A DNA stretch of 64,000 nucleotides from Pseudovirgaria hyperparasitica (Eukaryota): NCBI GenBank assembly GCA_010093815.1, contig ML996579.1; one strand, written 5' to 3'. The notes under the pieces are model-generated. The model ran no database searches, was not told the origin of the DNA, and was given only the letters and a program-made list of their open reading frames with translations. Each line of letters starts with the position of its first letter. Within the stretch, counting starts at the first letter, position 1. Made by a program: the position numbers and the translations under genes. Shown one piece after another: positions 12,801-26,416 of the stretch.

Positions 12801-13987
12801 ATTTGATTGATAAAGTTTTGTGAAGCAATGGAGAACTAATTCAGTAAAAAAAAACATGATACTCTGGTCAACCTCGTGAGAATAGAAAGATGAAGTTAGA
12901 CTTACTATGAGGGAGTTGTTAAACTCTATGCTAAAAAAGAAAAAGATTTGAGAGTCTACTTCGTGAAGAGTCAAAGTCGTTTAAGACATCATGCGCCGTG
13001 ACAACTAGCGTTTGCTCCACTCCAAGTCTCAGACCTTCCATCGCGACATCACGAGTAGATCGGGATTCGCTAAGATAAGGAAACATGATAGGACAGACTA
13101 TTACACTACTGGCAGCGTGTTGAATCCAGAATGGAGCTAAGAATAAGGATTGTTTTTGGCTCGATAGGTGTCTATTTGTAAATATATTCTGTAACGTACC
13201 CAGTAGTTTCCCGGCTTCGGAGAGGGATACGGCTTGGAAGTTTCTCCCCTCTGTCTTCTAATATAGTACTTAGGCTCCTCCGTCTCCACTCACCTACTCG
13301 GTTTGACACATCGTTATATCATGCGCCTAAGTGCCTAGATAATCAGCAAAAGGCTCTAGAAACGTGACACATGGTATGGTCATACGAAGTAAGACATCTC
13401 AAGTAGACCAGGGGAGACTAATACTTGTTGTTCATCCCTGTTTATCGTGGACGGAATGTTGAGGTGGATCCGTTGCGGAGGCCCTTATGCATTGGAAGAT
13501 CTCCGAATTTGTCATGTTATTTTCCACTACTTGTGGTTCACAGTTCGCTTGATTCTATCCCAATCATCATGTTCGCGTTCTTTATATACTCGGCCAGGAT
13601 CTATAGATGGTACTATTGGTAGTTCATGCAATGAAATGACCACAATGTAGTATGCCGCTCTAAGTACATTATTACAGCTGCCTTCACTCTTACGTCTCGA
13701 AACTTATGTATTAATCGTCTGAAGGCTATTGGAAGGTCTGTAAGATCCGATGCTAGCGATTATCGACGAACTAGGTACCATAATCGGCTTGTAAACTTTG
13801 TGCATCCTGACACGACGAAGGCTACAAGCGTTGAAACTTGAGAGAAGAAATAAGGGTTCTTGAGAGGAAGATGTTCGAGAGAAAATCAGACGGTTAAGCA
13901 AGGCTACTAACTTCACTTAATCTTTTAGTAATAGATGGTGTCAAGGTCCTAAAGGTACAAATCATACAGTAGAGGGCATATCTCTCC

Positions 13988-14450
13988 ATCCGTATATCAA
14001 TTTTTCAGCGCGATTCTTGGCACGGGTCGCGCGCGTAACATAACTCCCTTTCTTATATTCTTAAACTTTATATCTTCTTTAATCCGATATCTCTGGAACT
14101 AGAATTCTAGAAAGTTCTTTAGTTGTATCTAAATATACTTTAACATAGACTCTTACGCTTTATATAAGAAAATAAGAAAATATAAGTAGATAGAAATATT
14201 ATTCTAAGAGAATATATATTAATAGATGTTATAGAGAAGAGAAGAAGAAAGATATCTTATTTAAGACTCTTTAGACTTTGAATTTATATAATAAGTATTC
14301 TTAAGATATAGATATAACTATATTAGACTTTTTAAGTATCTTCTATTTATAAAATATTAAAGAAAATATAAGTTTTAAATATACAAGGAAAAGTATATTT
14401 ACGCACGTGACGTGTACCAAGAGTGGCGTTTAAAAAGTTATCTAGATTGA
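13988..14450. mobile_element. MITE-like element (degenerate copy of the 36398-36904 family)
   Basis: Ends tttttcagcgcgattcttggcacgggtcgcgcgcgtaac and ttacgcacgtgacgtgtaccaagagtggcgtttaaaaag resemble the TIRs at 36398/36904; AT-rich core. Confidence 0.75.
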
Positions 14451-15737
14451 TAAATAGACGCTCACGGTAGATAGCGCACCTCTACCGGAGATCTACGCCG
14501 GCGGCCGCATACGGTTCACAGTCCATGTAGCTAGCTCTTAGAGACCATTGACAAATTTTCAGGTCATCTCATTACCATGACTTATGAGCACGCCCTGACC
14601 ATCCTACGATGCATTGTTCTTGGAAATCAAATCGAAATAGAACTGTGAGTGGGCATACCTCGAATCCATAGCACCCTCCAAATGCTAATAAAACAGAGTA
14701 CCATCTTCCATGTCCATCATCACTATGAATGTCCTTGTGTCTTATTACTTACAAGATGAATGGTACATAGAAGCTCAAATAGTCGAAATAAGAATGCATA
14801 ATACGATTGCTACCAACGAATAAAGCGCAAATGCAAGAATCAGCCGATAAGAATTCGGGATTTTCGAATGAGTGATACCCTCTGGTGATCCTCGTCAAAC
14901 AATTTTTAAAGCCGTATAAGTGATGTCCATTTCCAGCAATAACGCATTCGATGATCAACCGGATGCAACATGATTCGGAACGGTCGAGACATATCCTCGG
15001 GTAAGTGTCACACATTGATAATTAAATTCAAGGTTTGATATGTCACCACAACATAATAGAACGCGTCACGGCCTTCATCTTTGGGTATCCTTGATCTCAT
15101 GAAACCCATATCACCAAAAAACATCTTACCAAACGCCTATAGCGGTTTGTACCTTTACGTGCAAGATGACATACAAGCTAGATATACCTAGATCAAAAGA
15201 GCTAGAGTTAATATAGCCGATGCATAAAACAAGCACGAACTCCTACTATACATGCACTAGTCGCCTATCTTTTCCCTAACCAAGCTTGAATAGATGTACT
15301 CGACAGGGCATGAACCAGTCCTGATAAGACACCAAACCAGTATATGACTGACTTCGAGATCAACATAGCACTAGCGTACTACATGAAGGCCTCCAAGACT
15401 AGTATGATATACTCAACTACGCTAACGCAATGAGATGGAGAGGCATCAGAGGAGCCATCGGCAGTGGACCACTAGTAAGACTGGAAAAATCGTCAAATAC
15501 ATCCTTGAATGGCACTGCTTGAACCACAGCATACCTAATTACTGTTAATCAGACTTCCTATCAATCAGTTCAGTTCAACTTTGGGCCTCTAGTTAAACTA
15601 GATTAAAGTACTTCAATCCTAGCCGTCGTAGAATTAGATTAAACTATTAATTCTAGTAGTAGAATTAAAGTTAAACTAGACTAGACTAAAGTATATCCGT
15701 AGAAGTAGCTAAAAGTCTTAAAAATAGATATAATTTA

Positions 15738-16080
15738 CTCGATTTTCGCCCATTTAAGTTAATATATTAAATTTTACCACGTCTACGTCCATATATCTAT
15801 ATAGTCTATCTCTATATTAGCTAAATCGTTTAAATCCGTAGAGAAACTCACGAGTATACTTTTACATTAGCCTTACGTAAGTATACCGTCCGTGATAAGG
15901 TTATATACATGCTCGATTTTTGCCTATTTAAGTTAATATATTAAATTTTACTATATCCACGTCCGTATATCTATATAGTCTATCTCTATATTAGCTAAAT
16001 CGTTCGAATCCGTAGAGAAACTTACGAGTATACTTTTACGTTAGCCTTACGTAATCTTCTAGTCCGTAATAAGGTTATAT
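15738..16080. repeat. 174-bp tandem duplication in the hAT subterminal region
   Basis: Unit starting ctcgatttt(c/t)gcc(c/t)atttaagttaatatattaaatttta occurs at 15738 and 15912. Confidence 0.9.
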
Positions 16081-18640
16081 CTCTACTAACTCTTAAGATT
16101 CTATAGTTATCTAATTAGGATCGGGCTTATCTTACTTCTTCTTAGTATAATTATATCTCTAGCCTTACTAAACGTTCGCTCGTCGTTATAGATTAAGGCT
16201 AGTATAGATAGAATATCGATTACTATCTTATAAAGCTATAGAAACTATAATTTCCGATCTAACCACCACTTAATAGGGTTATTATAGTTAAACTTACTAT
16301 CGAGTCGACGATAGCGGCTAAGTTTATCCTCCTCTTATCTTCTTTAGCTAATTAACTTTATTTTATTTAGGTATTCGCCTATTAGAGAGCTCGAGAGAGG
16401 TATTTTTAGAGATTATATATAAGGTAGAGGTATATATAACGGTAAGGAGGGTCTTAGAGGTTTATACGTCTACTAAAGGGCTAGGAAGTCGAGTTCTAGC
16501 TAGTTAATAGTCTTCTATAGGTATAATCTAGTAAACTCCTCCTTATTCTATTTAAAGAAGTTCTTCTATAAAGGATAGAGATAAGTTCTACTATAATATA
16601 GCGGGTTTAGCTTTACTAAGTTATAATACTTCGCTAGCTTTACCTTCGCGTTATTAATTACTATCTATAAGTAGTCCTTAAGCGGTAGATTTAGTTAAAC
16701 CTTATTAGCTAGTATATAAGGCGTAGATTTAGAAACCTTAAGGTTATCGAAGTAGTTCTCTAGGTAATATATTAAAGGAAGTACTTACTAGATTACTCTA
16801 AAATTAGCTTTATAGCCTCGTCCCTCGCTTCGTAGTAATACCTCTTTAATTAGTAATAAGATATTAGTATATATCTAGATAATACTCTAGTCATAGCCGT
16901 TAAGTCTACTTTCTATAATAAATAATAGAGTCTTATTCATTAAATTAACGTCTTTATTATTAGAATCTCCGTCTCTATTATCTATAAAGACATCTATATT
17001 AACTACTATCCGGGTACTACTCCGACGCGTCTACTAGAAGAGGAATTCCTCTATATACTTATTAATTACGGCTCGGAGCTTAAGGCTATACTCTATAAAG
17101 TCGTAGTAGCTATTCTAGTATATCTTAACTAGCTTAATAAGCTTAGTAGAAGTAAAGTTTATACCTAAAGTAATCATGTTTATATTATACTATCGCTTCT
17201 ATATAGTAATAAATTTCTATTATCTCTTAGCTAAGCGATAGATAAACGTAACGATTAACTATAGTACCGTAATTAGTTCTATTTTCCGCTACTCTTATAG
17301 GAAGGTAAGCTCCGCGATAAGGTCCTTAGATAGATTATTAAAGGCGTCCTTATCTTTACTAATAAGATTAAGAGTATATAGAAAGTAGTAAAGCTATAAG
17401 AACTTACTTACTCTAGGAAGAGCTTAAGAGAGGAGTTCCACGGCCCTAGTATTATTACTTACTCCGTTAAGGATAAAGTAACTAACCTTATTCTTAATTC
17501 TATACCTCTTAAGTACTATAAGAGTTAAATCTCTAAAGTTTTTACTAGTATAGCTACCTCTAACCTTAGGTAATTCTAAGGAGATATCGATAAAGATACC
17601 CTCCTTATTTATAAAGTGCGCTATATAGAATTATAGAGATAGACGGTAGTTCCGTGAACTCTAGCTATTAAACGTAATATAAATCTTCGAGATAGTAGTA
17701 CTAAGGACCTTCTAAAGTCGTGCTAAGCCACGTCTATAGATATTTAAGATATAGCTTTAAAGGGTATCTATACTCTCCTATATTAAGGCTTCTACCTCTA
17801 GGTTTACTCTTAAGATAGCTTTAAAGAGATAAGGGTCTTTAATAACACGAAGAGACTATAAGTTAAGTATAATCTACTTTACTAGTAGTTAATTAAATCT
17901 ATTAGAACGAAAGGTCTAGATAAGTAGATTTACCGTAGTCTAATCCATTCTAGCCTTCTTAACTATTATCTTTAGTATATTACCCTCCTTACACTTCCTC
18001 TTACTACTTAGGTACTACTAGTATATATTATAGAGATAGTCTATAGCGTTAGTAGTTAAGGCTACCTTAAATCTCCCTCCTATACGTTTCTCTTTATAGT
18101 AGACTCGATACTACTAGTACTTACCTCTATTACTAATTTACTCTAGGCGGAAACTATACTTCTAGATCTAGCTAAACGCGTTTACGCGCTTAAGTAGTAC
18201 TATAGGTTTTATAAAGTCTAGAAGGTAGGACTATATAACGCCCTTATACGAAGACTCTATATCTAGGCCTATAAAACTCTAGGAATCTTTATTATCTTTA
18301 TCTCCCCTAGTACTATCTATCTCTATTACCTCTCTCTCTTATACTAGGTAGCTATAAAGGTCTTTAGGTATAGACTAGTATAGTATAGGGCTAGCGCTAG
18401 GTAGAGGTAGTAGTATTAGCCTACGGGTAGTTATATTATTATTATTATCTTTATTATCTTTATTAAGAGGTAATATATTCTAGAACTTTCTAGAACGCGC
18501 GATTCTCTACGTATACTCGACCTAGGAATATTACTATTTAAATATATTATAAGAGTATACTTTAGGCGCGCGAAACAGGCGCTAAGAAGCTATATTAATA
18601 GTATTAACGCGTGGTAGTAGACGTGATAATTATAAGTCGA
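16050..18640 (-). pseudogene. hAT transposase remnant (boundaries approximate)
   Basis: RIP-corrected motifs on the minus strand: BED finger CRVC..H-x4-H (~18120-18020), SKIHITFDGWSS (~17690-17655), CIAH (~17625), RWNS (~17115), dimerisation motif ILSIPA..ERTFSKAG (~16220-16155). Confidence 0.88.
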
Positions 18641-19296
18641 GATAGTAAATACTTTAAAAATATAAGGCTTAGAATAATAGCTAGAATAGACTAGACGTAG
18701 AGAGACTAGTATAGGTTACTATTAGCTAACGGACTATCCTTAGTAGGTAGTCCCCTAAACTTAATATCTAAAAATACTACTCTATATATATATATATACT
18801 ATATATAACTTTAGTTTAACTTAACTATTAGTAACTTAATCCTACCCTAGAATTAAATTAGACTAAAGATCTAACTCTTAGTAAGAGGCCTTAGTTGAAC
18901 TAGACTAAGTTAATTCTAGAGAGGTAGAATTGAAGTTGGACTAATTGATAGGAACTCTACTATTGATATCGGTATCTACATATGAGTTTCCACTTACAGT
19001 TGATCTATTCTTACGCTAGAGGTAATCATTAATCTAAGAGTACACGAATCCTACCTTACGTTAGTAAGTTACTAATGGTATCACGAACTATGTATTTCGT
19101 ACCATTAAGGATTTAGGATAGGCATAATATAGAAGTTAAATTTATCTACAATAGCTTTCACTATAGAATCGCTAGCGTAGCGTGTTAAAAGCTAGTATAC
19201 CATGTGTTTAACGGTCTAAGACAAAGTTAGTAAGATCGAATCTTTCATACTAAGTCGATGTATTATTGTAGTAATCTACTCGTAAGCATGAACTAT

Positions 19297-19524
19297 TGTT
19301 AGAACTTAGCCTTAGGTAGGACCTAACCTATATATACCTTAGCTAATAGGGTTAGGAGGTAACGTAAAGGGCGGTAAATAGTTACGTGCTAGATAGATCG
19401 GCGTCCCTTTATATATATACTCTTAGATTTCTACCGAAAGGGTTCGGTAGTAATTTATTCTATAATAGAATATACTCTATTATTCTATCTAACTATACTA
19501 CTATCTAATAACCCTATTCTTATA
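19297..19524 (+). repeat. 5' LTR of Gypsy A copy 2
   Basis: TG start, preceded by TSD actat. Confidence 0.95.
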
Positions 19525-20752
19525 TTCGAATTACTCCCTATATAGTACTATAGTTAAGATAGTCTAACTAGAACCAAGAAGGTCGACACGATCTACTATA
19601 GGGATAAGTAATACTATATTAAATAATAGAGATTCTCTATAATTAGTATTAATCCTAGCCGTTTCTAACTAAGAAGTAGAAATATTAGACTAAATCACGG
19701 AGCTTTTAGACGAAGAAATAGTAGATACACTAAGTAACTTCTAATAATATAAAGCCGGATAATAAGTCGTGGCGGAGCCATATAAGGTATTATAATAAAC
19801 TATCGCTAAACTTTAGGAATACGTCGCGAATTAGACTCGAGAGATTTAAACCCTTAAAGAATAGATAGAACGCGCGAAACTCCTCGTAAAGAGACGAGAA
19901 CTTAAGAAGTCTCTTAAAGAACTATGCCGAACGATAGTAGGTAGATAACTTCCTATACTAATTTAGGCGGAATTAGTTTACCTACTATTAGAGTTACGAT
20001 AATCTACTATATACCTAGCCGCTTCGTTACCGATTTACTCTACTTCTTCCCTAGATATACCGAAACCTAAAGACCTAACTATATTTATAGGGAAGAACTA
20101 AAAGGAGTAGAAAGACTAGAAGAAAGACTATAAAAAGTACTTCCTCGATAACCCTCTACTCTTTTCTACTAAAGTATAACGCATTTCGTTTAGAGAACGA
20201 TACCTAGGATTATAATTCCACGATTAATAGGATAGATAGAAGGAAGTATAGCTACTATCTACGATAACCTAGAAATATTTAGCTATATTTATACTAAATA
20301 CCCTCGGAACGGATAGAGAACGTGAAAGAAAGGCACTATCTAAGTTAAGAAGCGTAGTATAACGACCGAACTAGACACCTACTTAACTACTATAATACCT
20401 CTAAAACCTATAGAATAATATCCCTATACTATAGAAAAATATTCGTATATTCTAGTTTCGCGAAGTACTACTTCTATTAATCCGCGAAAGACTAGGAATA
20501 GTATTATTAAGTTTTAACTATCTATATAAATTAGAGGAGAAAGCTAATAAATACTACCGTATCCTTAAGGAACGCGGCTCTCTAGGTAAAACCGACGAAC
20601 CCTATACGGGTTAGAAACGAGGTCGATTAAATACGTTCGATTAAGAGTAACCTTACCGCGATTAGCGCTAGAAGAGCGTAAATTAGGGTAGAAACGCGTT
20701 AAGAGAATACTAATATAATTAAGGCGGTACTTCTTAACACGGAAAAGGATAA

Positions 20753-22167
20753 TAATAATAATATTATATAACTAGGTAGAGTAGTACTCTATAGGCCTAT
20801 GCCTCCTCTAGTCTAAGCTACTATATAAGAAGAAACCTAAGAGGGGAAAACTTCCTTATGTCGATAATTACATCTCGTTAAACCTTTATTTCTTCTTAAG
20901 TATATAGCTATAGGGTACACCTATTAGCCTATAGCCTATATTACCGTTATTTTACCCTTAGGTAGCACGTGTAGGTGCGGAGGTTATTAGTTAAGGGGTT
21001 CTTCCGGCATATACCGGGTTTCCTCCGATATATACCGGGTTTCTTCTAGTATATATTTCCGGGTCTACTAGAATTAGAGGAGTAGTAGATATATAATTAT
21101 CTACCGGGCGATATTCTTAGGGTACTTATTAAGCTATCGTACGATATTAGAGGTTCTTATTATATAGATAAGCTTCTACCTTTACGTGTGAAGATCGGGG
21201 TATATTACGAGATAGTAGCGTATTATATCTCTCTAGCCGTACGCCTTATACCATAGAGACATGTTAGGGACGCCTCTCTTATAGAGGTAGTATAGAAGTC
21301 CTATAGCGCCCGTTCGGGCTTAGAGGAGTATAGATGCCTAGGCCTTTATAAGCCCTTTATATATCTATTTACTCGGCTCCTTCTATGGTCCTCGGATCTA
21401 CTCTAGGTACCTATTCTACTAGGAGGCCTACTAGGCCCGGAGTGTCTCTTTCTACTTATCTTAGATCTATAACCGTATACTTCGTCCGAGCTCTTAAAGG
21501 CTCTATTAGTCTAGAAGAGTATCTAGGTTATTCTTAATCTCTTATACTACTTAGTTTAAGTCTATTTCTATCGGGCACTTATACCGTAGTCGAGTCCGGC
21601 CTATATATAAGAGTACTTAGTAGTATACGCTAACTCGCGCGCGTAGCGCGGCGAAGATATATTCTATATTTTCTATATATTTCTATACTTATTATTTAGT
21701 AAAGTATACTACCCTCTATGTCTAGTAGAAGTCCTATATACTTATTATATTTATCTCGCGTCGTAGTAGCGCTATAGTAGTAGCTTTATATATACTAGAG
21801 ATAAGACGGAGTATACGGTTTTATATGGATTCGAGCTTCGTTCGCCTAGCCTATATAAGGGCTATATACTAGTACTCGTGTCCGTATATAAAGGCTAGTC
21901 GTGCTATAGAGATATATAGTTAGCGTGCCTTATCCTAGGCGGTTCCCTATATAGAGGCCGTAATCCGGCGTATAGCGGCTTCTACCTAGAGGGCCCTAGA
22001 AACGGCGTATACTACCTATGGTCCCTATTTAAGCTTATTATCGATCATGACACCGAGTACGCGTATACTTTGTATCGGCGGTTCGTTAAAGGCGTCTATT
22101 CTAGGGCGTCGCTCGCCTTCCCTAGTAGCCCATTTCCCACGGCGGTTAATGAAGTACATGAGTTGGT
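20753..22167 (-). mobile_element. 5'-truncated copy of the Tad1-like LINE inserted in Gypsy A gag
   Basis: Reverse complement matches ~30830-32285 including the (ATT)n tail. TSD acacggaaaaggat(aa) at 20737-20752 and 22168-22183. Confidence 0.93.
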
Positions 22168-25100
22168 ACACGGAAAAGGATAAGATATAGACTTAAATAT
22201 AATACCTATTATAAAATAGTAGGATTATAGTATACTTCGTTACTATAAGTATAGAGAAATAGAATATATTTCATCTAACTATAAGAATCCGAAAAAAGAA
22301 TAGGCTAGTATACGAGACCTAACCGCGTTCTTAGCTAAATTATATATACTTAGGAGAAGCCGTAGCGCCTTCCGGTAAGTAAAGACCTAATATTACTAAA
22401 AGTATTATTACCTATAGTAAATAGTAATAAAACTATATAGGCCCTCGTAGATACTAGTATAGAAGATAACTATATTTCATTAATTCTTATAAAGGAGTAT
22501 AGATTATCGTACGATCTCGGTAAAGTTAGCTAAACTATTATAGTTAATAGATATAAAGTTAGAACTTTAGGTAAAGCTATAATAAATTACGAAGTTTATA
22601 ACTCGAAGATAATAAAATAGTAGATGTCTAATAAATTTATCGTAGCTAATATTAGCTAATAGAATATGATTCTAGGGATGCCTTAGCTTAGACGTCTAAA
22701 CCCTATCCTTAATTTTTAGAAGGAGATATTAACGTTCCGATAATACCGTGGTAAATTATACTAGTAAGTCATAACTATTAGTAAGGAGGCATGGAACCTT
22801 ACCGTGCGGACCCGATTATCGCTAATCTATCTTACGTCCTTATCGATTATTAATAAAGATAAGGATAATAGTAATAATCGGGGTAAAGACACGCTATCTA
22901 ACGTATATTCGTAGTATACGGATGTATTTTCGGTAGGAGATATATTACTTCTCCCTAATCACGGGCTATATAAGCTAAAGATCGAGCTTAAAGAGGGAGT
23001 AGACGTCTCTTATAGTCTACTTTACCTACTTTTAAGACTAGAACTCGAAGTTCTTCGTAAATATATTAAAGAATACCTTAAAAGAGGCTAGATATATTAT
23101 AGTATATTATTGGCTAGCGTACCTATTCTCTTCGTAAAGAAGAAAGACGGAAGTTTACGTCTATATATTAACTATTAGATACTAAATATAGTAACTAAGA
23201 AGAATCATCACCTATTACCGCTAGTTAATAAATCTTTAGACTAATTAATAAAGGTAAAGTACTTTACGAAGCTAGATTTATAAGATATATATTACCGGCT
23301 TCGAATTCATCGCGGAGGAAAGTAGAAAACCGCATTTCGGACTAGATATAGTTATTTTAAGTATACTATTATACTATTCGGGCTAATAAATGCGCTAGGA
23401 GCGTTTTAAGGATATATTAATACTATACTCGTAGGATTACTTAACGTGATTTACGTAGTTTATCTTAATAATATACTAATTTACTCCGATAGTATATAGA
23501 ATTATAAAGAACACGTGAAATTAGTGCTAAATCGTCTAAGGTAGTATAAACTCTACGTAAAATTATCTAAATGCGAGTTTTACTAATAAGAAGTTAGGTT
23601 TCTCGGCTTTATTATAATATATAGCGGCCTAAAAATAGAGCTAGAGCGTATAAAGACTATTATGGAATAGCTAGAACCTACTACTATACGTTAAATTAGA
23701 ATATTTATAGGTTTCGTGAACTATTATTATAAATTCATTATAGGCTTCTTACGAATTATAGCGCCGCTTAATAAACTTATAGAGAATAGTAGTAAAATCT
23801 CTATAGGTAGGCGAGTATAGTATAAAGCTAAGTTAGTCGAGATATAGTTAATACCGGAAGCGTAAGATACGTTCTAATCGTTAAAGAATTACTTTATAAC
23901 TACGCCGATTCTTAGGTATTTTAATTCTAAGAAGTATATTCGGGTTAAAACTAACGCGTTAGAATTCGTAATTACTAGAATTATTAGTTAACTATATAAA
24001 GATATAAAAGATAAGGTATAATAGCACCCGGTCGCTTTCTTTTCCTATAAAATGGCGGATATAGAGACGCGTTATAATATATACGACTAGGAACTACTTA
24101 TAATCGTTAAGAGTTTTAAGTAATAGTAATATTATTTAGAAGGCTCTATATATTAGATCGAATTATTATCGGATTACGTAAATCTATATTACTTTATATT
24201 AACTAAGGTCCTTAATCGCTAATAAGTACGTTAGGCTAAGTAGATATTAATATTTAACTTTAAAATCTTATATAAAGCTAGAAGAGAGAATAAAGCTAAT
24301 CCTCTATTGCGGTATAAAGATTATAAGAAATCGTTATAGAATAATATAGATAGTCGGTATAAGTTAGACTATACTATACTTTAGATACTATAAGACTAGT
24401 TATCTAATAGAATACTAGAAGCTAGGGTACTTTCGGCGATTCTCCGCGGGAATTAGAGCGGGTATTAAGTAATCTAAATAAATATCTAAGAAACTAAGAA
24501 AACCCTCGAAGACTTAATTAAATCTACCTAGAATTCTAATATATTAGTAAAGAAAGTTATAAGTATAAAAGGAAGCGCTATAGATCCGCCGTAGTTATTA
24601 AGGTAGGAACGATAATTAGATATAATCTACTTCTAAGGCCGACTCTACGTGCCGGAAGACGGCTTACGAATTAATATTTTAAGGGAATAGCACGATTACG
24701 CGTTAGTAGGGTACTTTAGTATTATAAGGACGGTTAATTTAATCTAAAGAACGTACGACTAGCTGGGTCTTTATAAATATATAAAAGACTATATAAAAAC
24801 GTGTAACGTTTACTAGTATACGAAAGTATATAGATACTTACTATATAGTAAATTAAGGCTATTACCTATACTAAAGGAGGTATAGAAGGAATTATCGATG
24901 GATTTTATTATAGATCTACCTCTAAGTAAGTATTCTAGGTATATTTATAATAGTTTACTTATAGTTCTAGATAGATTTACGAAGATATTATACTATATCC
25001 CTATAAGAAAGATAATCTAAGTACCGGATCTTATAGATATACTACTCCGTGACGTAGTCTAGCTCTATAGTATACTAAATAGTATAGTTTCGGATAGAGG

Positions 25101-26416
25101 TCCGTAGATAACGTCTAAACTTTAGAAGGATTTCTACTATATACTAGGAATTAAGCGGAAACTTAGTACTACGTTCTATCTATAAATAGATAGGTAGACG
25201 GAGCGGTAGAATTAGATAGTCGAGGCGTATTTACGTGTATATTATAACTATAAGTAGAATAACTAGATAAGGTTAGTCTATATCGCGGAATTCGCGTATA
25301 ATAATAGCCGATATATATTAACCTACGTAAGTCTATTCGAAGTAAACTTCGGTTAGAACTATAATATATAGTTCTTAGGGACTTAGTTTAAAGTAGAACG
25401 ACCTAACGTTAAAGTAATAGAAATTACTATAGAACTATTCTAAACGTAAAGAAGCGTTATAAAGTTACTATAAGATACTACGAATTATAGTAAATCATAC
25501 TATAATAAGGGTAGAAAACCTATAATCTTTAATATTAGGGATAAAGTTTTACTAAATAGTAAGAATATTTATAGTATTAGGCTAAAGAAGAAGCTTAACT
25601 ATATAATAATAGGTCTATATAAGATTACTCGTGTAATTAATAACTAGGTATACGAGTTATAACTCCCTCCTACGTTAAAGATATATAATATATTCTATAT
25701 TACGCTTCTCGAGCTATTTTATACCTTATTATTACCGGATTATTCTAAATAGATACTATATAAAGTAGTTACGTAAGAAGGTATAGATATCTATAAAGTT
25801 AAGTAGATACTTAGCTAGTAACGCGCCGAAGATAGTATATAGCTATATAAAATTTATTAGAAAGAATATAATCCTAACAAAGATACTTAGGAACCTATAA
25901 TAAATATTAGTAAAGTAGCGATATTAGTATATAAGTAGCGATTAGTAAAGGAAGCCGCGGAATCGTAGAGAATTATACTAAAGTACGGCGATTTAACGTT
26001 TTTTAGTATAGTTTAGCGCTAAGAACGGCCGTCTAAAAGAAAGAAGGTAAAAGAGATATAGATCTTTAAAATATTCTAAGGAATTAAGGAACTTCCTTAG
26101 AAAGTTCGAACTTAGAACTTTAAAAATTTAACTAAAAAAGAGACTTAGAAAAATAATTTACTAAGAGAAATAGACATTAAAAATCGGTGCCGATCGGTAT
26201 AGATTAGTATAGATTACTAAAGAGATTAAAGAAGTTATTATTAAAGAAAGATAAAATTAAGAAAGCTAAAAGAAAATATAAAGATCTATATAGATCTATA
26301 TAAACTTATACTAATCTATCTAGAAGAAGTAAGATCGCTTTAAAATTAAAACTAAAAAACTAAAAACGCTAGATAAAAGAGATATATTAGTACTAATTAG
26401 TATAGATCTAAACTAA

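Larger units (their letters stand above)
15550..18959 (-). mobile_element. hAT-superfamily DNA transposon, RIP-inactivated
   Basis: TIR cagacttcctatcaatcagt versus reverse complement tagagttcctatcaattagt. 8-bp TSD ctgttaat (15542-15549) / ctattgat (18960-18967), differing only by G/A transitions. Confidence 0.92.

Noticed and set aside
12765..12974. ORF with repeated HEVD..FFF
   Set aside because: Reflects a short degenerate direct repeat; no gene evidence.
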